A stretch of 64,000 bases of DNA from Eledone cirrhosa (Eukaryota), in assembly GCA_964016885.1 (NCBI GenBank), contig OZ024745.1:37696001-37760000 (forward strand). Direction: 5' to 3'. Shown piece after piece: positions 1-17,871 of the stretch. The notes beneath the pieces are model-generated. The model was not told the origin of the DNA, searched no databases, and was given only the letters and a program-made list of their open reading frames with translations. Each line of letters opens with the position of its first letter. The stretch's first letter is position 1. The translations under genes and the position numbers were made by a program.

Positions 1-495
1 TGGAAGCAATTATTATTACTAGTAATCCCACGGAGGTAAGTTTTATATCGGGGTCGATTAAATAAAGTACCAGTAAAGCACTGAGGTCGGTTTAATTGAC
101 TTTCTCCTCCCCCCAAATTGTTGGCGTTGTGCTTAAATCAGAAACCATGATTGCCAGTATCGGTAGAGGGTCGGACGCCATGCTTTGCAGCAAAGAGTTA
201 CGGCCCTTTATGGTCTGAGTTCAAATCCCGCTGAGGTTAACTTTTCCTTTCATCCTTACGGGGTCGATAAAATAAAGTACCAGTTATACACTGGAATAAT
301 TGCTGACCTTGTGCCAAAAGTAGAAACAATTATTACTACTATCCCGCCGAGGTTAGTTTTGCCTTTTATCCTTACGAGGTCGATAAAATAAAGTACCAGT
401 ATAATACTGCGGTCGATTTACTATCTTTATCATTATCATTATCATCATCATCATTCCAAATTGCTGTCGTTGTGCCTAAATTAGAAACAATTATT
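1..495 (+). mobile_element. Head-to-tail multimer of a tRNA-derived SINE
   Basis: Unit GAGGTTAACTTT..CATCCTTACGGGGTCGATAAAATAAAGTACCAG...TTGTGCC..AGAAACAATTATT repeated 3 times; A box (TGCCAGTATCGG) and B box (GAGTTCAAATCC) at about 150-230. Confidence 0.8.
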
Positions 496-1039
496 AATAT
501 TTAATTTTCTTAGTTTGTTTAATTTTTATTTGTCTTTTAAGATTTTAATGTTTTGTTTTATTCTATCTTTAGTTACTTTTTTATTTTCATTTATTTATTT
601 ATTTATTTATTTATTATTTCGCTCTCCATTTTTAACATTATTTACATCTAATTAGATCCCTATTCTTCTTGTGAGGCATGTCTTTCCCTTTATTCTAAAA
701 CAGCAGTAGATTTCTTGACTCCAAAATATCAGATGAATAATTAATAACATACCCCTTTCTCTCCCTCTCCTCATTCGCTTTCGCCCCTTCATTTCTCTTC
801 TTCTCAGCTTTCCTTTCCACTCCTTCCCTTTTCCCCACTCCCATCATCACTCCTACCTTCGAAACTCATGTTTGTCGTAACCACCTGAACTCCACACCGT
901 TTTCAGTTTTTTAATCCGACTACACAAATCAACTGCTGTCAACTACGAGGGAGCTTCTATGCGGTCATTCGGCCAGCCTGTATGAAATAGCAGCTAAATC
1001 TTTCTCAGATTAAACTTTACTGTATTAAAAAGAATAATA

Positions 1040-1216
1040 ATTGTTTCTACTTTTGGCACAAGGCCATCAATTATCCCAGTGCATTACTGGTACTTTATTT
1101 TATCGACCTCGTAAGGATGAAAGGCAAAGTCAACCTCGGCGGGATTTGAACTCAGATCGTAAAGGGACGTAACTATGCTGGAAAGCATGGTGTCTGACCC
1201 TCTACCGATACTGCCA
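1040..1216 (-). mobile_element. tRNA-derived SINE, same family
   Basis: Reverse complement of the 33414-33601 sequence. Confidence 0.8.
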
Positions 1217-1634
1217 AAGAATAATAATGCTGTCCGGGGGTGTACATGGTTTAGAATTGCAAAACAAAAACACGATTGTCATTGCTTGAAAGTCCTTCAA
1301 AATGTATCTGTTCAATCAGATAAAAACAACAGTCAAACCCCACATATGACTGAGGATGTTCAAGAACATATATAGACATACATGCGTTCGAGTGTACACA
1401 CATACACACGAACATACTCAAAAGGGACCTGCTACATGACCACCCAAACTATTAGAAATAGCAGTAAAATGGCCCTCAAATCACGCACGTGGCGTCTTAT
1501 TAATTGAAGAACTTAGTAGATAAAACAATCCACAATTGACTCAGACATAGGTGTACAACTGCTGTCTAAAAGTTGTCCTGGGGTTACTCGTAAACAATAA
1601 CCACATGATTTTACTTTAAAGTTTTAAGATTGCA

Positions 1635-1760
1635 GTGGAAGCACATGGTTTACTGGTTAGGATGTCGGATATATAACCCTAAGGTAGTGGGTTCAAATAC
1701 TGGACTAGGTGGTGTGATGTCATCATGAGCAAAATGATTTAATTTCAAGTTGTTCATTCT
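1635..1760 (+). mobile_element. Degenerate tRNA-headed CORE-like SINE
   Basis: B box GGTTCAAATAC; similar to the reverse complement of 19025-19147. Confidence 0.55.
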
Positions 1761-2229
1761 ACTAAGAGCAGCAACAGAAAAAACGAAGAGCGGGCCGATA
1801 TAACGATCAGTACCAATCCGTTCTTTATTAAAAAAATATCAAGATAATTACACCAAATTTACTTAAGATTTTCTATGATATCGTGTTATATATACATATG
1901 TGCGTGTGTGTGTGAGTCCTGGGTTCAATTAGGGGTAACTACGGTATTCCATCTTTCGTCAATCATCTCATATCGATTACGTCCATGTTTGAATTGATAA
2001 AATAACAAAGTATGCCGAAATATAGATCAATCGAATAAATTTACCTAATATTTTCGAAGATACCGTGTTATATGTATATAGATTTTTTTTTTATTTATGA
2101 CGATTTTCTGGACCTGTATACAATGAATAAACCACACGACAACGAAATGAAATGAAAATAATCAGGACGTGTATGTTCTAAATACACTATAGCATTAGGA
2201 TTACATAGAACAGAAGGGAGAGTTTTATG

Positions 2230-2700
2230 AAGTCACCATTGTCTTCTCGGCGATGAATTCCAGTCAGTATATATTCAAATATCTCCAACTTTTGCATGTA
2301 AATATCTTCCAGGGGCTCATCATCGTCCAGTTTAATAATGAGACTTATCAATGGAGTCCGAACATTCTTCGACCTTTTTGAACATTAGGTTACCGGGACC
2401 AGATGATGGGGAACATATCTTAGAGAATTTCTTCAAAAGCAGCTCAAGAATGTGATGGTGGCAAATCAGCCACAATTCCTGGATCTTCTTCTGGTCAGTG
2501 ATTTTTACGGTAACTGAAATTGTTTCACCGAATTAGATGTGACTGTAGAGAAAGCACATGCGAATATGTTGTTTGGAGGAGAGTCGAGTCTGAGGTAATT
2601 GCCACTCGGGCTTTCTCTCAAGTACCTAAATGGCCTTTCTGGTTTCAATTTTCTGATTCTCAGTGAAAGATGACAAACAAAATCAATCAAGTTATTTTAA
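2230..2700 (-). pseudogene. Decayed DDE transposase fragment (CxxH, hAT-like)
   Basis: Frameshifted translation NIFACAFSTVTSNS / ELWLICHHHILELLLKK..SPSSGPGNLMFKKVEECSDSIDKSHY parallels the recalled pattern FDTTASNTG..LWLACRHHILEL..SSGP..LFKRF...IDK. Confidence 0.6.
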
Positions 2701-3250
2701 CGAGCCTTAGTGTTTTCACATTTCTGGAATCCATTCAGGCTTTGAAAAGCAAGAGAGAAGAAAATTATCTTGTAATTTCATAACAAAGGATTGAACTAGC
2801 GTGTTTACCACTCTCCAATAGAACCAACACTGAAATATCGATGCAATGAACGTTGCATTAGAACCTTATTGTTAACTCATTATCTTGCTGAATTATCAAA
2901 ACAAATATCGAAAATCTCTCTCGTCAACGGGATATCAAATACTTCTTCATACGAACAATGAAAACAAATCAACTATATAACATTTTTTTCACATATTAAA
3001 GTTAAGTTTATAGGTCATTTCTTTTTTATTTAGGAGCCTATATACGGTAGAACACACTCAAAAAATGCAGCCTGGCTACAATCAACAAGAGTTGATTGTG
3101 TATATTTTATATTGCATATAAGGTTGTCTGTCGGAAAGGTGCGAAACGTGTCCTCCGCTGTTCGTTGTTTTGAATACTTGAGGTATTCAGCAGAGCTTCA
3201 AGCAATGCTTCAAGCAAACTTCAATACTCTCATATATATATATATATATA

Positions 3251-4038
3251 TCTTCCAGATCGCAATTTTTCGGTCGTACGGTTGATTATAGACTTGTTCT
3301 ATGTGTGACGGTATTTTAACGATAGTTATAGCTCTGATTTATCTGAATTATTGAGCCCTCTGCCACTCATTTCGAATTTTGTTTATCGTGAACTCGTGCG
3401 CCGATTTTTCGATACTCGATTTATTCTACTATATTTAGCTCTAGAACTAGCTATTGACCAGTTAATTTTATTGTTCATTTTTTGTCGATTCTATTAAATG
3501 ATGAATAGCTCCTGTTTATTTTAACATGTCTATTGAGCACTCTTATTCGATATGTGTATTTCCACATTTTCCCGAATATTTTTTGCGGATATAGAGGTTA
3601 TCTCCCTTGCTGAATTCCATGTGCGTTTCTTCAGCCTGGGTTATGCCTTTTCATTCGTTCGGACAAAGGCTCGTTGAGGAAGTAAATTCCCGTCCGCTGG
3701 CTTCTAGAAGTCTTATATATTTTTATGTGAGCTGATAGAGGGCAGTTTAAGGATTTACAGAAACCCAAGAAGCTAGATTTACCATCTTTCTAGCGGGTCC
3801 GGGTATGCTTTTTACATTCATTTGATTTATTGATTTATTGATATTTTTTCTGAGTGTCCCGAATCTTCCAGATCGCAATTTTTCGGTCGTACGGTTGATT
3901 ATAGACTTGTGCTATGTGTGACGGTATTTTAACGATAGTTATAGCTCTGATTTATCTGAATTATTGAGCCCTCTGCCGCTCATTTCGAATTTTGTTTATC
4001 GTGAACTCGTGCGCCGATTTTTCGATACTCGATTATTC

Positions 4039-4043
<5 letters not shown>
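3251..4043. mobile_element. About 790-bp non-coding unit with about 180-bp direct terminal repeats, in (TA)n
   Basis: 3251-3432 nearly identical to 3864-4043; TA repeats on both flanks. Confidence 0.75.
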
Positions 4044-4096
<53 letters not shown>

Positions 4097-4139
4097 ATAA
4101 TATTAATAAATAGAAACTATCTTTATAAAACCATATTTA

Positions 4140-4199
4140 TGTTATTATATATATTTCAAGGGTACCAACATTTTTTTGGTACGATCTCATCAGATAAAA
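4140..4199 (-). ncRNA. Minimal type I hammerhead ribozyme
   Basis: TTTTAT-CTGATGA-GATCGTACCAA..TTGGTACCCTT-GAAA-TATATA-TA|ATAA; related to 56786-56847; stem II base has two mismatches. Confidence 0.7.
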
Positions 4200-4343
4200 T
4201 CTGTTATAAATAAACTTGTTGAATAACCAACAAATTAAATAACTCTTTGCTTATATATATATATTGGTGTGTGTGTGTGTGTGTGGGTGGAGGGGGATTA
4301 TTTGCACGCATATGTTTATACACACACATACAAACACACAGAT

Positions 4344-4351
<8 letters not shown>

Positions 4352-4401
<50 letters not shown>

Positions 4402-5176
4402 ATATATACATACATATGTATGTATATATATACATACATATGTATGTATATATATACATACATATGTATGTATATATATACATACATATGTATGTATATA
4501 TATACATACATATGAATGTATATATATACATACATATGTATGTATATATATACATACATATGTATGTATATATATACATACATATGTATGTATATATATA
4601 CATACATATGTATGTATATATATACATACATATGTATGTATATATATACATACAGATGTATGTATATATATACATATATATGTATGTATGTATATATATA
4701 CATACATATGTATGTATATATATATATATATACATACATATGTATGTATGTATATATATACATATGTATGTATGTATATATATACATATGTATGTATGTA
4801 TGTATGTATATATGTATATATATACATATGTATGTATATATATACATATGTATGTATATATATACATATGTATGTATGTATATATATACATATGTATGTA
4901 TGTATGTATATATGTATATATATACATATGTATGTATGTATATATGTATATATATACATATGTATGTTTGTATATATATATGTATATATATACATATGTA
5001 TGCATGTATATATATATGTATATATATACATATGTATGTATGTATATATATATATATATATATATACTTATGTATGTGTATATATATATGTATGTATATA
5101 TACTTATGTATGTATATATATATACTTATGTATGTATATGTATGTATATATATATATATGTATGTATATATATATG

Positions 5177-5207
<31 letters not shown>

Positions 5208-5384
5208 GTATGTATATATGTATGTATATATATATGTATGTATATATGTATGTATATATATATGTATATATATATGTATGTATGTATGTATGTATATATA
5301 TATGTATGTATATATATATGTATGTATATATATATGTATGTATATATATACGTATGTATATATATGTATGTATATATACGTATG

Positions 5385-5415
<31 letters not shown>

Positions 5416-5533
5416 GTATATATATGTATGTATGTATATATGTATGTATATATGTATGTATGTATATATATATGTATATATATATATATATGATGTATGT
5501 ATATATATATGTATATATATATATATATATATG

Positions 5534-5564
<31 letters not shown>

Positions 5565-5754
5565 TATGTATATATATATATATATATACTTATGTATGTA
5601 TATATACTTATGTATGTATATATACTTATGTATGTATATATATATATACTTATGTATGTATATATATATATACTTATGTATGTATATATATATATACTTA
5701 TGTATGTATATATATATATACTTATGTATGTATATATATATATATATATGTATG

Positions 5755-5787
<33 letters not shown>

Positions 5788-5798
5788 ATATATATATG

Positions 5799-5843
<45 letters not shown>

Positions 5844-5986
5844 ATATATATATATACTTATGTATGTATATATATACTTATGTATGTATATATATATATA
5901 CTTGTGTATGAATATATATATGTATGTATATATATATACTTATGTATGTATATATATATATGTATGCATATATATATATATGTATG

Positions 5987-6037
<51 letters not shown>

Positions 6038-6836
6038 GTATGTATGTATATATATATATGTATGTATATATATATATGTATGTATATATATATGTATGTA
6101 TATATATATGTATGTATGTATATATATATGTATATATTTATATATATGTATATATTTATATATATGTATATATATATATATATGTATGTATATGTATGTA
6201 TATATATATGTATGTATATATATATGTATGTATATGTATGTATATGTATGTATATATATATGTATGTATATATATATGTATGTATATGTATGTATATATA
6301 TATGTATGTATATATATATGTATGTATATATATATGTATGTATATATATATATATGTATATATATATATGTATGTATGTATATATATATACATATGTATG
6401 TATATATATATACATATGTATGTATATATATATACATATGTATGTATATATATATACATATATATATATACATACATATATATATATACATATATATATA
6501 TATACATACATATATATATACATACATATATATATACATACATATACATACATATATATATACATACATATATATATACATACATATACATACATATATA
6601 TATATACATATGTATATAAATATATGTATATATATGTATATATATATATGTATATATATATATGTATGTATATATATATATATGTATGTATATATATATA
6701 TATGTATGTATATATATATATATGTATGTATATATATATATATGTATGTATATATATATATATGTATGTATATATATATGTATATATATATATATGTATG
6801 TATGTATGTATGTATATATATATGTATGTATGTATG

Positions 6837-6872
<36 letters not shown>

Positions 6873-6882
6873 TATATATATG

Positions 6883-6914
<32 letters not shown>

Positions 6915-7455
6915 TGTATGTACATATATATATATATGTATGTACATATATATATATATTTATGTATATATATATATATATATGTATGTATATATATATA
7001 TATATGTATGTATATATATATATGTATGTATATATATATATATATGTATGTATATATATATATATATGTATGTATATATATATATATATGTATGTATATA
7101 TATATATATATGTATGTATATATATATATATATGTATGTATATATTTATATATATGTATGTATATATATATATGTATGTATGTATATATATATATATGTA
7201 TGTATATATATATACATATGTATGTATATATATATATATATGTATGTATATATATATATATATGTATGTATATATATATATATATGTATGTATATATATA
7301 TACATATGTATATATATATATATACATATGTATGTATATATATATACATATGTATGTATATATATATACATATGTATGTATATATATATACATATGTATG
7401 TATATATATATACATATGTATGTATATATATATACATACATATGTATGTATATAT
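4352..7455. repeat. (TA)n/(TATG)n/(TACA)n compound microsatellite
   Basis: Directly visible. Confidence 0.97.
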
Positions 7456-7467
7456 TTATAATAAGAT

Positions 7468-7548
7468 TCTCTCGCTGATGATGCCCATGGATTATCTGTT
7501 GCAAACACACTCAGGGCGAAACAGATTAGGGATAATCTGTCCGAGAGA
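7468..7548 (+). ncRNA. Complete type I hammerhead ribozyme
   Basis: Stem I TCTCTCG/CGAGAGA; core CTGATGA; stem II GCCC/GGGC; GAA; stem III ACAGATTA-GGGA-TAATCTGT; GUC site, predicted cut after 7541. Confidence 0.9.
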
Positions 7549-7691
7549 TGTAATTGTTATTGAGGCGGTTTGTATAATATAATATAATTTTATTTTATCA
7601 TTCTGTCTGCTTCTTGGTTAAATATTTCAAACAAATGTGGTTTTTCAACCCTTGTAATATTAGACACACTGTTTAATGTGTTTCTTACTGC

Positions 7692-11271
<3,580 letters not shown>

Positions 11272-11335
11272 TGTATATGTATATATGTATATGTATATAT
11301 ATATGTATATGTATAAATATATGTATATATATATG

Positions 11336-11385
<50 letters not shown>

Positions 11386-11478
11386 ACGAAGGAAATGTGG
11401 TAAGGAACCAGGTGGACCATAACGCACCAAAGTACTCAATACTTGAGGTAGTAGAGTGGGTAATAGGAACCAGTAAGA

Positions 11479-11510
11479 CCCCGACAGCTGAGCTCAAGCC
11501 GTTTCGACGG
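11479..11510 (-). ncRNA. 3' half of a hammerhead motif, truncated, in a 137-bp island
   Basis: GAA-ACGGCT-TGAGCTC-AGCTGT-C|GGGG; the CTGANGA half is absent. Confidence 0.5.
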
Positions 11511-11513
11511 CTA

Positions 11514-11519
<6 letters not shown>

Positions 11520-11589
<70 letters not shown>

Positions 11590-11601
11590 TACATATGTAT
11601 G

Positions 11602-11641
<40 letters not shown>

Positions 11642-11656
11642 TATGTATGTATATAC

Positions 11657-11692
<36 letters not shown>

Positions 11693-11748
11693 GTATGTAT
11701 ATACATATGTATATATATATATATATACATATGTATGTATATACATAT

Positions 11749-11793
<45 letters not shown>

Positions 11794-11814
11794 TATACAT
11801 ATGTATGTATATAC

Positions 11815-11856
<42 letters not shown>

Positions 11857-12009
11857 GTATGTATATACATATGTATATATATATATATATATATACATAT
11901 GTATGTATATACATATGTATATATATATATATATATATATACATATGTATGTATATACATATGTATATATATATATATATATATATACATATGTATGTAT
12001 ATACATATG

Positions 12010-12096
<87 letters not shown>

Positions 12097-12122
12097 GTAT
12101 ATATATATATATATATATATAC

Positions 12123-12175
<53 letters not shown>

Positions 12176-12180
12176 TATAC

Positions 12181-12228
<48 letters not shown>

Positions 12229-12263
12229 GTATGTATATATATATATATATATATATACATATG

Positions 12264-12302
<39 letters not shown>

Positions 12303-12329
12303 ATATATATATATATATATATACATATG

Positions 12330-12370
<41 letters not shown>

Positions 12371-12371
12371 G

Positions 12372-12408
<37 letters not shown>

Positions 12409-12578
12409 GTATGTATATATATATATATATATATATACATATGTATGTATATATATATATACATATGTATGTACATATATATATATATATATACATATGA
12501 ATGTATGTATATATGTATGTATGTATATATATATATGTATGTATGTATATATGTATGTATATATGTATGTATGTATAT
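11520..12578. repeat. (TA)n compound microsatellite
   Basis: Directly visible. Confidence 0.97.
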
Positions 12579-13756
12579 GAGGGAGCTTATAGATAGGACA
12601 ACACACGCTGTCTCTTCGTGGGGTAAGTTTTTAATTAATTTTTGTATTCTGAAACATCAAAATACAACAATTTGTTGGTTACTGGACTCGGGAATGTCAC
12701 GACAGAAGTTTGTGGAAGTTACACAAATATTTTAGTATATTTTAGCAGAGCAATCCTTATTTATATTTTACATTTACTTACATCTCAATATAACATGGCT
12801 AGAATTCAAATTTTGCTAAGAGAAGAAAACGGTCAAATGAACTAGATACATCTCACTGTCCACACCACCACAATAACGTCTACACTCTCTCCCCACCATC
12901 ACATGTCATTACCATACCATACCCTATCGAGACTAAAGTCATCGACCTGTTGTCAAACTCTCTACTCTCTGATGAATGTATATATATATATGTGTGTGTA
13001 TGTATATGTGTGTATATACATCACTCAGTCAAACAACCAGATTTCAACCCCAACATCTACAACAACAACAACACCGGCCCTAATGTTTACAGCAACAACA
13101 GCTTCAGAATGAACTGAAATGAACATTTACAACAATTACAACAACAACAACAACAGCGGCATCAAAACATAAAAAAAGGAAGGGAAAAGAAAAAAGAAAA
13201 GGGAAGGGGAAAAAAAAAAAAAAAAAGGAAAAAAAAAAAAAAAAAAACTCAAAATAACAAAACACACACACACACACACACACACAACATCAACAACAGA
13301 ACAACAACATCAACTGCCACCACCACCACCACCGCCACCGCCGTCGCCATCACCATCACCAGCGACCTGGCCTTAAGAACAACTTTAATAATAATTTTTC
13401 TGCTTTTGGCACGGATCCAGCGACTGGCCAGCGCATCACTGGTACTCTCTTTTGTTGACTCCGTGGAGAGCCATAACTCTATGCTGTAAAGCAATTATAG
13501 TAATACTGGACTGTAATACGATCGGCTTCAACTATACAAACTCTTGAAAGTCAACAGTTGACATAATCTGGTAATCTTGTATCAGTAATGACGGTAATAT
13601 ATATATATATATGTGTGCGTGTAAGTGAGTAGAGTAGCGTGTGTGTGTGTTTGTTGTGTGTGTGAGTGTTGCTGTGTGCACGCATATGTATGCGTGTGTG
13701 TGTATGTCGTACGTATAAGTGTCAATAAGTAATTTTTTTTTTTTTTTTTTTTTTTT

Positions 13757-14060
13757 TGCGCGGGGACATAGAAATAATCGGGCTGGATGCCCGATCGCGC
13801 AGTTAAACCACTGGGAGTGAAGAACCCCTAGCCCATGTCAGGGTATTCTTCTAGGAGAAGGCATCTCAGGAAACTGGGTTAACTCCGATATAAAACCTGC
13901 GGCTCAGTAGTTACCGATGATGTTGATCTTTTCTTCTTTTCGGGTTATAGCTACTGTCGCTCAGAGAGTGGGATTGGTTCAGTGCACAGTCTTTCCTCAC
14001 TTTAAAAATATTCGTCACGCACAGGCATTGCACGAGTGCATTAATAATTATTAATAGTGT

Positions 14061-14095
<35 letters not shown>

Positions 14096-17000
14096 TATTA
14101 TTACTTTTTTTTTTTTTTTTCTCCCTTTTTTTTTTTTTTTTTTTTTTTTTTCCAATTCAATGATGTTCCAGAACAATGTAAACGAGATAATTGCCAATTT
14201 GGGTTCTGGAACAAAAAAGATCATTGGCAATAAGGGCAGGGGCCCCAAGTTATCACAACCTGGGCCCGCCCGTCATCGTGCCATTGTAATAGAGCCAAAC
14301 AGGGCATTTAGTCTTGGCTGCTGGAACGTACGGACGCTGCTTGACAGGGATTCTTTGGAGCGTCCTGAACGAAGGACCGCTCTTGTTGCGAAGGAGCTTC
14401 GACGTTACGATCTTGACATCGTGGCTTTGTCTGAGACGAGGTTAGCTGGAGATGGTCATCTTACGGAATTTTGTGGAGAATATACATTCTTCTGGAAAGG
14501 AAGAGATGAAGGAACCAGAAGAGAGGCTGGGGTAGGATTTGCTGTTAAGACTGTACTGGTGAATAAATTGGAAGAATTCCCAGTGGGGATTAGTGAGCGT
14601 CTTATGTCCATGAGAGTTCCGCTGGACAAGGGAAGATATGCTACCCTGGTGAGTGTGTATGCTCCAACTATGAATTCTGTCGATGAAGAAAAACTGTCCT
14701 TTTACCATGCCTTGAAAGGTGTTTTAAGAAATATCCCTCAGGCAGACAAAGTCATCGTGCTTGGTGACTTTAATGCTAGAGTGGGTAGGGATTTTAACAC
14801 ATGGAATGTAATCGGAAGGCATGGGGTGGGAAAGTGTAACAGCAATGGTATGCTCTTGCTGCAGATGTGTGAGGAGCTGGATCTGTGTGTTACCAACACC
14901 ATGTTCCAACAAAAGAACAAATTCAAGACCACATGGATGCATCCTGCATCTAAGGAATGGCATCTTTTGGACTACGTCCTAGTCAGGATGCGTGACAGAC
15001 AGGATGTGCGGTGTGTTCGTGTTCTTCGTGGAGCTGAGTGCTGGACGGACCACCGCCTGGTACGCGCAAAAGTGAATCTAATCACCAAACGTAAAATCCG
15101 GGCTCCTGGTGTTACCCTGCCCAAAAGATTGAATGCTGCTCGTCTTAAGGATAAAAATGTGAAGAGGACATTGGAAGAAGAGATGCAGGCTGCAGATCTT
15201 GGTGAGGATTGGCCGACCCTTAAAAAGTCGGTTTATGATGTAGGCAGACGTGTTCTGGGATTGGTGCAGAGAAAACATCAGGACTGGTTTAATGAGAAAG
15301 ATGTGCATATAGATGACTTGTTGGCTGATAAGAGGCGCGCTCTGTCACGCTACTTGACGGCAAGACCACAGGAGAGGAATACGTTGCATGAGGAGCTCAG
15401 GGATGTAAAATCACGTGTTAGGCGGAGTCTTTCTCAGATGAAGGATCAGTGGTGGAGTGAGAAGGCTGGTGAGATACAAACTGCGTCTGATTGCAATAAC
15501 ACAAAGCTGTTGTACAGTCTCTTGCGTGAGGTTTATGGACCGTCTTCTTCTCTGGTGACACCGATTCGCAGCAAGGATGGCAAAGAACTTCTTCGTGACT
15601 CACAGGGAATTCTACGAAGGTGGCGGGAGCACTTTGATGATCTTTTGAATCAGCCGTCTGTCGTCAGTGAAGATTTCCTCAATCTCATTCCGGAAAGTCC
15701 TGTGAAAGTAGCTCTCGCAGAGCCTCCGACACTTGTGGAAGTTGCAGTGGCTATTTCGAAGCTGAACAGTGGAAGATCTCCAGGTATGGATGGCATACAT
15801 GCTGAGCTCCTACAATATGGTGGTGAGAGACTCCTGCAACATCTTCACTCTCTGTTTGGAAGGATATGGGCTAATGAATCCGTGCCTGAGGACTGGAGAG
15901 ATGCAGTAATGGTGGTCTTGTACAAGGGAAAGGGTAACAGGAATGATTGTGGGAACTACAGAGGTATATCATTGCTTTCTGTCGTGGGGAAAGTTTTATG
16001 TAGGGTGCTTCTGGACCGTCTGCTGACACACATTGCAGATTGTGTCCTTCCTGAAAGTCAATCTGGTTTTCGTGTTGGACGCGGCACTACTGATATGATC
16101 TTCTCAGCTAGACAGCTCCAGGAGAAGTGCATTGAACAGGGCTTGGATCTGTATCAGGTTTTTGTCGATCTGACAAAGGCTTTCGATACTGTCAACAGAG
16201 ATGCATTATGGAAGGTTCTCCAGAAACTTGGTTGCCCTGATAAGTTCCTTGCTTTAGTTAGGTCTTTCCATGACGACATGAAGGCTTGGGTTAATGTCGG
16301 AGGTAACATGTCGGAGCCTATCTCAGTAAAAAATGGAGTGAAACAGGGGGATATTCCAGCACCGACCCTGTTTGCCATATACTTTGCAATGGTTTTCTGT
16401 GTTGCATTCAGGAATTGCGAGCATGGTGTTTACATCCGATATCGAACCTCAGGCAGCATATTTAACATCAGGCGCTTTGCTGCGAAGACAAAAGTATTTA
16501 CATCAGTCATAAGAGACCTCTTGTATGCAGATGATTGCGATCTTGTAGCGCACACAGAGAGTGATATGCAGCACATTTTGAATGTATTTTCTGACGCTTG
16601 CACTGCCCTGGGTTTGACTGTCAGTCTCAAGAAAACCGTCGTCATGTACCAACCTGCACCTGGTAGGCAGTACACTGAACCAAACATCTATGTGTATGGC
16701 AAACGACTTGGAGTGGTTGATCAGTTTGTCTACCTGGGAAGCACTGTCAATCGATACGGCAACCTTGACAGTGAAATCTCACTTAGGATTAGGAAAGCAA
16801 GTGATGCTTTCGGAAAGCTAGAAAGGCGACTCTGGGGTCGGCGAGACATATGCAGGAGGACAAAGGTAAAGGTGTACAGGGCATGTGTACTCTCTTGTCT
16901 TCTTTATGCCTGCGAGACCTGGGTCACATATCGACGCCACCTTAAGCAATTGGAGCGTTTCCATCAGATGTGTCTCAGACGGATACATGGCGTTCGCTGG

Positions 17001-17817
17001 AGGGACCACATCAGTGATGTCGAGATTTTGGAAAGCTCTATGTGTGACAGTATAGAAGCTCTTGTGCTTAAGCAGCGACTCCGTTGGAGTGGTCACCTTG
17101 CCAGGATGAAGGATTCTAGAATACCAAAACAACTCTTCTATGGAGAGTTGGTTAAAGGAAAACGACCGCCACATAAACCAAAAAAGAGGTATAAGGATTC
17201 CTTGAAGGCCTCTCTGAAAGACGCTAACATCTCTGCTGATACATGGGAAAATATTGCTGCTGATCGTAATAAATGGAGAAAGACTGTATATGAGGGAAAA
17301 GTTGCCTTTGAGGCATCTCGAATCGCACACGAGAAAGTAAAGCGGGACGTGAGGAAGGGTATTGCTGTTGCACTTCCAGACGGCGAGGGTCCTCCTATGT
17401 TTCTGACATGCAGCGTCTGTGCGAGACTCTGCCTAAGCAAAGCTGGACTCGAAAGTCATCTTCGCAGTCATAAAGTAAGACCAGTGGTTGACTACCAGGC
17501 TGCTGTTGGAGATGCTACTCATCATGCTTGCCAAACATGTGGTAGAGAATGTAAATCAGCAGGAGGACTCAAGCGACATGCAAAAGTACACGAACTCCAA
17601 CCACAGCCGACTATTCCCAGTAAATGTTTTGGTTGCCGACTCTGTGCAAGACATTTTGGATCATTGGCTGGGCTAAAAAGCCACATTCGATCGCAGCACT
17701 GTTAGTTGCTATCGTGTGTGTGTGTAGATATGCTTATGTGCGTGCGTGTGTGTGTATATATATATGAATATGTATATTATTATTGTTGTTGTCGTTATTA
17801 TTATTATTGCTATTATA

Positions 17818-17871
<54 letters not shown>

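Noticed and set aside
3125-3160. GAAACGTGTC half-motif
   Set aside because: No CTGANGA or stem II upstream.
13757-13860. HDV-like ribozyme in the RTE leader
   Set aside because: Hairpins are present, but I could not fit the nested double pseudoknot by eye.
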